From UHGV virus genome UHGV-1757948: a stretch of DNA of 20,276 nucleotides, one strand, 5' to 3'. The notes below the pieces were generated by a model that saw only the letters and a program-made list of their open reading frames with translations, had not been told where the DNA came from and searched no databases. Shown one piece after another: positions 8,673 to 16,162 of this stretch (position 1 is its first letter; the number at the start of each line of letters is the position of its first letter). The translations under genes and the position numbers were made by a program. The stretch comes from a virus.

Positions 8673-9302
8673 ATGACAGACGGTGTGCCCGTCTTAAATT
8701 TAAATTATATGGCAAAGATAAATAATAATTTTGAGAAACGAAAACGCATCACGAAAAATGAAGCGTTGGAACTGCTAAAAGATTGTTATGAGGACATCTT
8801 CAAGGCGTATTACGCAGGTCTGGAAAATTACAATGAAGAAATAAATATGACCATACCTGAAGCAAGGACAAGGCTTGTAGGTCCTTTGCTTAACGCAAAA
8901 ATAACAGAGAGTTTCATTCTCACATTTCCCGAGAACTGGAACAAAGGCAAATACGGAAGGATAATATTCAGATGGAACGGTGTGCTCATGCTCATCAAGA
9001 AATTGAACAAGAATGACAAGCCGTCTTACATTCCGACAATACTTTCAGATTCGATTGTCAACCAATACCAATTACCGCTTTTCCAAGGCGATGAAGGCAA
9101 GGAAGAGCCGATATTGATTTTCGGATATACAAAGGACGGTTTCGGGCAGCTCGTAAACCCGAGAATTGTCTTGTATGACGATGGGGTTCAATGGACTGCC
9201 TATATGGAAGACGGTGTAAATATGCCGACTGCCAATACAGACACGCAGGAGATTATTGTCCGCCTGAAAAAGAAAGAGACAGGAGAAAAGAAGGCAGAAT
9301 AA
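8673..9302 (+). CDS. Hypothetical protein (209 aa) in the AT-rich accessory insert
   Basis: Long ORF with plausible composition and no recognisable motif. Alternative start at ATG 8709 (MAKINNN). Confidence 0.5.
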   Translation: MTDGVPVLNLNYMAKINNNFEKRKRITKNEALELLKDCYEDIFKAYYAGLENYNEEINMTIPEARTRLVGPLLNAKITESFILTFPENWNKGKYGRIIFRWNGVLMLIKKLNKNDKPSYIPTILSDSIVNQYQLPLFQGDEGKEEPILIFGYTKDGFGQLVNPRIVLYDDGVQWTAYMEDGVNMPTANTDTQEIIVRLKKKETGEKKAE

Positions 9303-9354
9303 CAGCAGGGCACACCGTCTGTTTTCAACAAACGACCTATAAAAGCAACGTCTT

Positions 9355-10410
9355 ATGAAATGTGAGCAGCTAACATTCGCAAGGGAATACAGGGGATTTA
9401 CGCAAACCGCACTCGCGGCAAAAGTCAAAGGGCTATCGCAATCCAACCTGTCAAAATATGAAAAGGGGTTTGGCGGGCTGTCAGACAACATGCTTAGTTT
9501 GATTATGTCCACGCTTGATTTTCCGATGAAATTCCTTGACATGAATATTGTGAACAAGGTTGACAGCAAGCATTACAGGAAAAAGGCAACCATAACCGTA
9601 AAGACACGCAACGAGATAGACAGGACAATATCCCTGATTGCGTATTGTTTTGATTGGCTTAGTGAATTTGTCGAGATACCTGACTATTCATTTGGATACT
9701 ACGACATGGACAACGGCATAAGCCCGGAGGAACTTGCCGGGCACATAAGGAACAAATACAGGCTCGGCATGTCGCCTATATCCGATATTTGCAATTTCCT
9801 TGAGCGCAATGGGGTATTCATTTACATGTGGGACAGTCCTAACGACGAGTTTGACGGGGTATCCCTGATAACTGACGCAGGCAATCATCTTATCATTGTG
9901 AACAGGAACAGAAGCAACGACAGGGTAAGGTTTACGCTTGCACATGAGCTGGGACACATACTGATGCACGAGTGCCCAAGTTTCCCGGTATTCAGCATTA
10001 GAGACAAGGAGAAAGAGGCGAACGCTTTTGCATCAGAGTTCCTTCTCCCCTCCCAGGCTGTCAGAAACGCCTTGCACAATGTCAGGCTCGGACAGTTCCC
10101 TGAGCTGAAACGGTATTGGCTTGTTTCCATGGCATCACTTTTGGAAAAGGCAAAAAACATAAACGCCATTGCAAGTGAGAAGTACAAGTCTATGAGAATG
10201 GAGTTCAGCAGACGCCATTGGAATAAGAAAGAACCTTACGAAGTGCCTATTGACAGCCCTACCGTCTTTGAGCAGGCATATAGGCTGGTATCGGACACAT
10301 TGGGGTATTCAATCAGCATGATTTCGGAAAGCACAGGCTTGCCCGAGGATGTCTTGATAAAGATATTCGGCAAATCTGCGAGGATAATATCATTAAAGCC
10401 ACTAATATAA
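9355..10410 (+). CDS. XRE-family HTH domain fused to an ImmA/IrrE (M78) zinc metallopeptidase domain
   Basis: N-terminal HTH (FTQTALAAKVKGLSQSNLSKYEKG) and central HEXXH motif within FTLAHELGHILMHE, typical of COG2856/Peptidase_M78; 351 aa. Confidence 0.85.
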   Translation: MKCEQLTFAREYRGFTQTALAAKVKGLSQSNLSKYEKGFGGLSDNMLSLIMSTLDFPMKFLDMNIVNKVDSKHYRKKATITVKTRNEIDRTISLIAYCFDWLSEFVEIPDYSFGYYDMDNGISPEELAGHIRNKYRLGMSPISDICNFLERNGVFIYMWDSPNDEFDGVSLITDAGNHLIIVNRNRSNDRVRFTLAHELGHILMHECPSFPVFSIRDKEKEANAFASEFLLPSQAVRNALHNVRLGQFPELKRYWLVSMASLLEKAKNINAIASEKYKSMRMEFSRRHWNKKEPYEVPIDSPTVFEQAYRLVSDTLGYSISMISESTGLPEDVLIKIFGKSARIISLKPLI

Positions 10411-10492
10411 CAATTATCTATTTTGATACAACACAGGCGGTGACCCACATATCAAGGGTTGCCGCTTTTTGTTTAATAAAAAATGAAAGAAC

Positions 10493-11002
10493 ATGGGAAG
10501 ATTTAAAGGATTGCTTGTGGTAGTATCGGTGTTGTTGACCGCATCATTATGCGTCAACATACTCCAGTGCAGTAATGCCGGAAAGAAAACAACGAATCAG
10601 GACACAGTACGGACTACATATATAGACACCATTCCGTTCTTGAATCCTGTACCCAAAGACAGTACGGTGATACGGTATGTTACGGAGACGTTGCCCGTGA
10701 CTTGCCGCAAAGACACGATATACGAAGAGAAGGGCGGGAATACAGGCGACAGCGTCAAGGTGACACTGCCTATAACTTCCAAAGTCTATAAGGACAGTAC
10801 CTATACCGCATACGTGAGCGGATTCCGCGCGAATCTTGACAGTATATTTGTATATCCGAGACACGAGACTGTAACTGTCACAAGGTACAAGGAAAGTCCG
10901 CGCCTTGGCGTCGGTATTGCCGCAGGTTACGGTATAGGGAAAGACATGAAACCGACACCTTTCATAGGAATATCCGTATATTATAGGCTTTGGCAGTGGT
11001 AG
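10493..11002 (+). CDS. Secreted or membrane-anchored hypothetical protein (169 aa)
   Basis: N-terminal hydrophobic signal-like segment LLVVVSVLLTASLCVNILQC and an aromatic C-terminus (YYRLWQW). Preferred over the Arg/Cys-rich antisense ORF 10547-11137. Confidence 0.45.
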   Translation: MGRFKGLLVVVSVLLTASLCVNILQCSNAGKKTTNQDTVRTTYIDTIPFLNPVPKDSTVIRYVTETLPVTCRKDTIYEEKGGNTGDSVKVTLPITSKVYKDSTYTAYVSGFRANLDSIFVYPRHETVTVTRYKESPRLGVGIAAGYGIGKDMKPTPFIGISVYYRLWQW

Positions 11003-11004
11003 TA

Positions 11005-11208
11005 TCAGCCATCTGGGAACAGTCTTTCGTAGAACTCTCCCTGCCGTCGCACCAAAGCTTCCCCATAGTCCAACCCGTAAACATCGGCATCGTGCCTTGC
11101 TATGCGTCGCACACGAGCCTGTGCCGAGCGCGGACAATGTATGGCAATCAGATGCTCTGCCTCGGCAAACAGACGGGCGGAGTATTCATCATTTGGCATC
11201 TGTGTCAT
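11005..11208 (-). CDS. Small hypothetical protein (67 aa)
   Basis: ATG at 11208 preceded on the minus strand by AAAAGGAGG with a 6-nt spacer; GC-rich. Confidence 0.4.
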   Translation of the reverse strand: MTQMPNDEYSARLFAEAEHLIAIHCPRSAQARVRRIARHDADVYGLDYGEALVRRQGEFYERLFPDG

Positions 11209-11599
11209 CAGATTCCTCCTTTTCTGAGTTTATAGATACGAACAATCTCTCGTAGTCATCACAACTGATTTCAAAGCAGTTCTGACTTATTACTCCGTCA
11301 GAATCCCCGAAAACGTAAAACGGGGTATACGGACTGTATGTCTTCAGGACACCCACATCCTTTTTGTTGTCCTGCCTGTGTCTGATATAGAACCAGTAAT
11401 GAGGTCTTTTGTAACCGACACACCATAGCAGCATAAGGACAAACAACAAGAAGAAAAAACAGAAAAACCATTTCGGCAGGAAAACGTCAATCAGAAAGAA
11501 TGTAACCCATGCCGTTACCATTACGGCGAAAGCCTCAAAAGATGTCTTGTAATCAAAATTTTTCATTTTCATAATATGTTTAATATTTCTTATTCCCAT
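11189..11599 (-). CDS. Small membrane protein with two TM segments
   Basis: Hydrophobic stretches FAVMVTAWVTFFLIDVFL and FFCFFFLLFVLMLLWCVGY. Start may be a downstream ATG (about 11572 or 11566), which would remove the overlap with the upstream gene. Confidence 0.45.
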   Translation of the reverse strand: MGIRNIKHIMKMKNFDYKTSFEAFAVMVTAWVTFFLIDVFLPKWFFCFFFLLFVLMLLWCVGYKRPHYWFYIRHRQDNKKDVGVLKTYSPYTPFYVFGDSDGVISQNCFEISCDDYERLFVSINSEKEESDDTDAK

Positions 11600-12134
11600 G
11601 CTTAAATGGGCGGAGTCTGTTATAGCGCATCTTCTGCTCGACGTAGAAGTCGATGTCGATATCGTTTTGGTGGCAGAATAAGATAATGAGGGCTACAGTG
11701 AGATTGATTTTTTCGCAAAGGGCTTCCTTATATAAACAAAGTCCCTCACAAAGATGGTACATGACGACGGGGAATGGCTCATTAATGAATTTTGCGTCTG
11801 AAGCAAGAAACTCGTCAACGTAATGCAGGGATATTCCGCGCAGTGCAGCCAAGTCCAAACAGCGTATGATGATGTCGCTAAGTTCATCCTCAACCGAGTT
11901 TTTGACGTGTGTCTCAAATTCATACTTAAATACAACGTCGTCATCGGCGTATGTTCCAAGTAATGCTTTGAAAAGGTCAATGTCCGTGTGCCTGTCCTTG
12001 CGGTCTGCCTGTACAGCTTCAGATATCTCAGTAATGATAAGCATCAAATAAGTTTCGTCAGGCAGTTCTTCATCGTGCCATCCGTGCGTCTTTGCGGTCT
12101 CAAAAACTGCTTTTGATAATTTAGTCAAATCCAT
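11580..12134 (-). CDS. MazG-like nucleoside triphosphate pyrophosphohydrolase (all-alpha NTP-PPase)
   Basis: Motifs LMLIITEISEAVQADRKD and EDELSDIIIRCLDLAALRGISL (metal-binding E-x-x-E/D helices) and C-terminal KMRYNRLRPFKHGNKKY, characteristic of phage MazG-like proteins. Confidence 0.65.
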   Translation of the reverse strand: MDLTKLSKAVFETAKTHGWHDEELPDETYLMLIITEISEAVQADRKDRHTDIDLFKALLGTYADDDVVFKYEFETHVKNSVEDELSDIIIRCLDLAALRGISLHYVDEFLASDAKFINEPFPVVMYHLCEGLCLYKEALCEKINLTVALIILFCHQNDIDIDFYVEQKMRYNRLRPFKHGNKKY

Positions 12135-12187
12135 ACTACTTATATTTTATTTTTAGGCATTTAATGCTTAGTGTTAATATCTGTATA

Positions 12188-12934
12188 TCACTGCGACGCG
12201 CACTCGCTTTCAAGCTCGTTCCAATCCTCGTCGGTAATGTATTTGCGGCATTCAGGATTAAGCTTCAACGCCTCATAGCCGACACGGTTGAGGAAACGCT
12301 CGCTCGTCAGCTTCTTCTCTATGATACGGAAGGCGAGCATGGCGTTGGCGTCCTTGTTCAGGTCTATGGTTATCCCGTCCTCGGTCTTGCATATCATGTC
12401 CGCAGCCTGCTCAAAATGGTAGAGGGTGCGTGACAGCCGCGCAGGATTCATGTATTTGTCAAAATGAATGCCGGGCGCGGCTTCGTCAGCCGTCTTTATC
12501 TGCACATCGTAAAGATGTACCGCGTATGCCAGAAGATTGCGGGCGGTCTCGACATAGGACTTAAGCTCCGTTTCGGTCTGCCTGTACTTGTCGAGCAGCG
12601 ACTTTATGGAGAAGCGCAGGATGTCGACATGCGGCTGTATGTCCTCCTCCACTGTGTCAAGATAGTCATAGAAGAGCTGCGTGCGGTCTCCGAAGTTCTG
12701 GATGTGAAGCTTCTCGTAGGCGTAGTACGCCCTCTCCGCTTCCCTGATGTGACGCTTCAGAGTGAAACGGTAGTACGGTGTCTTCCGTACTCTCTCTATG
12801 GCGTCGAACATTGTCTTGCCCGCCACTGTGTTGGCGGCTCCTATAACAAGGTTGACGAGTGAGTTGAGACGCTCGAACACCTCCATCGCGCGCTGGCTGC
12901 TCACTGCCGTAGCCTGTCGTACGTATGCTGTCAT
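12188..12934 (-). CDS. Hypothetical protein (248 aa), GC-rich
   Basis: Long ORF with plausible composition, no recognisable motif; stop/start overlap with the upstream gene at 12931-12934. Confidence 0.5.
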   Translation of the reverse strand: MTAYVRQATAVSSQRAMEVFERLNSLVNLVIGAANTVAGKTMFDAIERVRKTPYYRFTLKRHIREAERAYYAYEKLHIQNFGDRTQLFYDYLDTVEEDIQPHVDILRFSIKSLLDKYRQTETELKSYVETARNLLAYAVHLYDVQIKTADEAAPGIHFDKYMNPARLSRTLYHFEQAADMICKTEDGITIDLNKDANAMLAFRIIEKKLTSERFLNRVGYEALKLNPECRKYITDEDWNELESECASQ

Positions 12935-13191
12935 TGCTGACCTCCTTTCTTCAAATCATTCAAAGCCTTGTCATTGCAGCTTTTACAAAACAATTTATTG
13001 AGAGTTCCTTTTAGCATGACTAAATAGACATCATCGTCATCCTTGAACTTGCGGTTGCAATTAAAACAAAGCCTTTGAACATAAAGCCCTATACTTTCTC
13101 TCGACTTGCGGAACTGCCAGAATTTCAAGAATGGCTTATCAACAGCGTTTAGTACCTCGTATTCACGTTTGGTGATTTTCACTACTTTCAT
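12931..13191 (-). CDS. Small zinc-ribbon-like protein (86 aa)
   Basis: Two CxxC pairs (CFNC ... CKSC); ATGA overlap with the YopX gene. Confidence 0.45.
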   Translation of the reverse strand: MKVVKITKREYEVLNAVDKPFLKFWQFRKSRESIGLYVQRLCFNCNRKFKDDDDVYLVMLKGTLNKLFCKSCNDKALNDLKKGGQQ

Positions 13192-13562
13192 TTTATACCT
13201 CCTTTCAGTAGCTCTGGGTTGTCGTGGATGTTGCCGATTATCGTTGCTTTATCGGTAGGAAGGAAGCCTAATCTTTCAATACCTCCGATAAAAGAGCATT
13301 CAGAATCACTATATTCCACATCCACAATATCTCCGTCTGGAAATTGAATAATATCCCCTTCGTAAATCTCCTTCCCCTTTTTATCATACAAGCCTGTGAA
13401 CTGGCTTACGGTGGAGGGGGCGATTTCTCGTTTCCACACGGCATTAGAGCTGTCGCTCTTTTCGAGAATGTTGCAGTCTCCGTCCGCCCATATTAAAAGC
13501 GAACCATAGCACCACTCATCGTTTGCAAGGCGTTTGCCTCTGAACTTGATTGCTCGTTTCAT
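13188..13562 (-). CDS. YopX-family phage protein
   Basis: MKRAIKFRGKRL N-terminus, TGLYDKKGKEIYEGDII and C-terminal IIGNIHDNPELL are hallmark YopX motifs. Confidence 0.85.
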   Translation of the reverse strand: MKRAIKFRGKRLANDEWCYGSLLIWADGDCNILEKSDSSNAVWKREIAPSTVSQFTGLYDKKGKEIYEGDIIQFPDGDIVDVEYSDSECSFIGGIERLGFLPTDKATIIGNIHDNPELLKGGIK

Positions 13563-13870
13563 GACCGCACCTCCTTTCCGTCGGACAGAAGGTCGTCAAG
13601 ATAGGCGAACTTGTCAACCTCTCCCCATAATCGTTCAAACGACAGGTCGCGCAGGTCTTTGTAGACAGCGGCATTCCCGTTCTTGAATAAGACGAGTGTC
13701 TTGCGCTTAGGTTGGCAAGATACAGTGCCGTTGTGCCACACGGCGTTGATGCGCCAGTTGGCACCATCTATAAACCCATGTTCATAATACGGCACGTATT
13801 TTGGATTGAAGATGCTGTTGTCAATAACACAACTTTCTGTTGCCGCCTTTTCAATCTGTTCTCTTGTCAT
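13559..13870 (-). CDS. Hypothetical protein (103 aa)
   Basis: ORF with plausible composition; ATGA overlap with the YopX gene start. Confidence 0.45.
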   Translation of the reverse strand: MTREQIEKAATESCVIDNSIFNPKYVPYYEHGFIDGANWRINAVWHNGTVSCQPKRKTLVLFKNGNAAVYKDLRDLSFERLWGEVDKFAYLDDLLSDGKEVRS

Positions 13871-13903
13871 ATCTTATTTGTATTAATATTCTTTCCCTCC
13901 ATT

Positions 13904-14068
13904 TTATCTTGTGATTTTAGAGGAAATTTTCCTTGTATTTCCTTTGTTTTCCTTTGCCAAACACTCATTGCCACATCTTCTGCCCACGTCGTACTTATCG
14001 CACCATCCGTCTCCGTAGAAGCCTTCGTTAATGAAGTGGATACATGAGCCGCAGTGTCTTGCTTTCAT
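13904..14068 (-). CDS. Cys-rich micro-protein (54 aa), translationally coupled downstream of the PP-loop ATPase
   Basis: Hand translation MKARHCGSCIHFINEGFYGDGWCDKYDVGRRCGNECLAKENKGNTRKISSKITR; ATG overlaps the upstream TGA (ATGA at 14065-14068). Not in the ORF track (under 60 aa). Confidence 0.35.
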   Translation of the reverse strand: MKARHCGSCIHFINEGFYGDGWCDKYDVGRRCGNECLAKENKGNTRKISSKITR

Positions 14069-14982
14069 TTTTCGTCGTCTTTAAATTCAAATTTCTGTTG
14101 CAGGAACTCGTCAGCGTAGAACTGCTTGTAGCTCTTGTCGCTTATCCACCACCTAAAGCCTGTTTCAGCGTCGTTGAAATTGTGGTCGATATATCCGTTG
14201 TCTATCAGCCATTGGATTGTCTTTATCCAATTGCGTTTGACGTGCGGCCAGCGTTTAGCATCTTCCTTCTTTATCCGTGCGTTCGACATAGGGCAACAGA
14301 TGCAGCCAATGCGTGTATAACCCTCGTCGTAGAGTTCGCAGTGTGGTATGCCGTTCATGTTAAGGAACTCCCACACGTCGCGCTCCGTCCAATAGATTAT
14401 GGGCGATACAAGGATTTTGTCCTTACCGCCGACACACGCAACCATGCTCTCCTCATGTTCGCTCCATTGGTCAAAGGTTTCCTCATTGCGCTTGCCCTTT
14501 ATCTCTGTGGATATTTCCTCACGTTTTGCACGCCGTGCGCTTTCTTCTTTTCTCACACCGATAAGTGTCACCTTGCCAACGCCTGACGTTTCCTTGAACT
14601 CGGCACAACACCAACGCAAAGTCCTTGTCGGCAAGATGTGCTTTTTCTTCGCCATTTCGTAAATGCTCATCCGTGGTTTGATTAGCTCCACATCGGGGTA
14701 TTGCGTCTTGACGAAGCGGATGACTTCGGGCGGGTCTATGCTCGTAAGGTTCATGTGAGCCTTGAAGCGGACACCGGCCAGCTTTGCGACATGGTAGAGG
14801 CATTGGCTGTCCTTGCCGCCACTGAACGCAAGGTAAAAGCCGTTTTCGGGGTCGAGGCGCAACGCCATTTTCTCCGACTTCCGCAAAAGTTCGACGGAGT
14901 GTTCCAGCTTCCTTGCAAGCGGACGGCTTACCTTTGACATTACGGTGTCGTGGTCAAGCAGTATTATTTCACACGCTTTCAT
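14065..14982 (-). CDS. PP-loop ATP pyrophosphatase of the PAPS-reductase / DndC-like family
   Basis: PP-loop motif in LAFSGGKDSQCLYHV plus Cys clusters (WCCAEF, GCICCPMS) compatible with Fe-S or zinc binding; 305 aa. Confidence 0.8.
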   Translation of the reverse strand: MKACEIILLDHDTVMSKVSRPLARKLEHSVELLRKSEKMALRLDPENGFYLAFSGGKDSQCLYHVAKLAGVRFKAHMNLTSIDPPEVIRFVKTQYPDVELIKPRMSIYEMAKKKHILPTRTLRWCCAEFKETSGVGKVTLIGVRKEESARRAKREEISTEIKGKRNEETFDQWSEHEESMVACVGGKDKILVSPIIYWTERDVWEFLNMNGIPHCELYDEGYTRIGCICCPMSNARIKKEDAKRWPHVKRNWIKTIQWLIDNGYIDHNFNDAETGFRWWISDKSYKQFYADEFLQQKFEFKDDEK

Positions 14983-15107
14983 TTTGCCTTGTCTTTAAGT
15001 TTGAATATAAATTCCATCAGTTGTTTGTTCTGCTGGCGGTACCTGTCAACCTCGGCTTGCAGGAAGTCAATCTCGTTGTGGTACGCCTCACGCTCAAAGT
15101 CAGTCAT
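14979..15107 (-). CDS. Micro-protein (42 aa, helical-looking) coupled to the PP-loop ATPase
   Basis: Hand translation MTDFEREAYHNEIDFLQAEVDRYRQQNKQLMEFIFKLKDKAK; its TGA overlaps the ATG of the 14065-14982 gene (ATGA). Confidence 0.3.
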   Translation of the reverse strand: MTDFEREAYHNEIDFLQAEVDRYRQQNKQLMEFIFKLKDKAK

Positions 15108-15113
15108 CGTTCA

Positions 15114-15260
15114 CTAATCGTCTACAATGGCTTTTGCTAAACCGAAGAGAAGGATATATATTCCTAACATGAGCAGTACCCATGGGAAACTTGTCAACAT
15201 CCATATAGAGGCTGCCACGCAAAGTGCACCGGCATGGATGATTAGTTCAGTTCTGTTCAT
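15114..15260 (-). CDS. Micro-membrane protein (48 aa) coupled to the radical-SAM gene
   Basis: Hand translation MNRTELIIHAGALCVAASIWMLTSFPWVLLMLGIYILLFGLAKAIVDD; ATG overlaps the radical-SAM stop (ATGA at 15257-15260). Confidence 0.35.
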   Translation of the reverse strand: MNRTELIIHAGALCVAASIWMLTSFPWVLLMLGIYILLFGLAKAIVDD

Positions 15261-16162
15261 TGCTTCATATTTTTAAGTTTGTAACTATTCTCATTAAGCC
15301 ACTTTTGGAAATACCATAACTGACCGCATCCGCCACCTATATCGTCTTGCCCTGCCGGGTTAAATACTCTCGTATTAAAACCTACGTCATTCATCTTTGA
15401 ATTAAAGTCACGGATTAAGTCAAGTTGTCGCTGTATTGATGAATGTACACTTTCATCCTTTTCGCAAATAACAGACAAAGTGACCTCCCATATATCAGGG
15501 TTAAATAATTCAGAGAGCCTCATAGCATCTTCCATATCATTATTCCCGACATGTACGCAATAATTAAAGAAAGGCTTTCTTCCGACATAAGAAGCCCAAA
15601 ACTCACCCGTAGAAGCTATTTGCCGAAGTGTTGACGTATTCGTTGCTATAAGTTTCTTCCTTTTTTCATCTGTACTTTCATGTACTGAAAATTGAAGACC
15701 TACTTTATCTATTTCTTTCGATAGTGCAATAAAATCAGACATGTATAAATACATCATGTGAGGGGCAGAAGTGCTTACAAGAAGTTGTGCGTTTGGATAT
15801 TTCACATGTAGACTTTCTATTGCAGGCTGCAATGCCGAGTAGTTGTAAAAAGGCTCTCCCATGCTCATAAACATAATTTGGAACTTTTTAATGTCATCAG
15901 TGCGGCAATCAATAGTAGATAATGCCCCATCAATCTGTTGTATTATTTCGTCAGTAGAAAGATTTCTGACAAAAAATTTGCCTGTTCCGCAGAAAGAACA
16001 TCCAACTGGACAACCGCTTTGAACCGAACAACATATAACTGTCCTTTTTTTGTATTCTCCATATCTATAAAGAACAGTTTCAGCAATAGCATTTGGCTTG
16101 TCCCACTCAAACACGAATTTCTTTACATTCGTATCACTTGATTCAAATACTTTTGTTTTCAT
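15257..16162 (-). CDS. RlmN/Cfr-family radical-SAM methyl synthase, N-terminally truncated
   Basis: VICCSVQSGCPVGCSFCGTG holds the CxxxCxxC radical-SAM cluster plus the upstream RlmN Cys118-equivalent; MFMSMGEPFYN matches the MGMGEP motif; LLVSTSA matches the STSG region; C-terminal GQDDIGGGCGQL matches the Cys355 region (DIDAACGQL) of E. coli RlmN. 301 aa, about 70 residues shorter at the N-terminus than RlmN; markedly AT-rich relative to neighbours. Confidence 0.85.
   Translation of the reverse strand: MKTKVFESSDTNVKKFVFEWDKPNAIAETVLYRYGEYKKRTVICCSVQSGCPVGCSFCGTGKFFVRNLSTDEIIQQIDGALSTIDCRTDDIKKFQIMFMSMGEPFYNYSALQPAIESLHVKYPNAQLLVSTSAPHMMYLYMSDFIALSKEIDKVGLQFSVHESTDEKRKKLIATNTSTLRQIASTGEFWASYVGRKPFFNYCVHVGNNDMEDAMRLSELFNPDIWEVTLSVICEKDESVHSSIQRQLDLIRDFNSKMNDVGFNTRVFNPAGQDDIGGGCGQLWYFQKWLNENSYKLKNMKQ

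Noticed and set aside
10547-11137. Minus-strand 196-aa ORF overlapping the 10493-11002 gene
   Set aside because: Translation is Arg/Cys/Gly-rich without structure-like pattern, and it would run antisense through the more plausible signal-peptide protein; treated as a shadow ORF.
14044-14937. Plus-strand ORFs (14044-14586, 14399-14662, 14701-14937) opposite the PP-loop ATPase gene
   Set aside because: They overlap a minus-strand gene with a clear conserved PP-loop motif, so are considered antisense artefacts.
15257-16162. Calling the radical-SAM gene an antibiotic-resistance cfr gene
   Set aside because: Motifs place it in the RlmN/Cfr family, but RlmN (C2) and Cfr (C8) cannot be told apart by eye, and the N-terminal truncation makes the substrate uncertain; a resistance claim would be unsupported.
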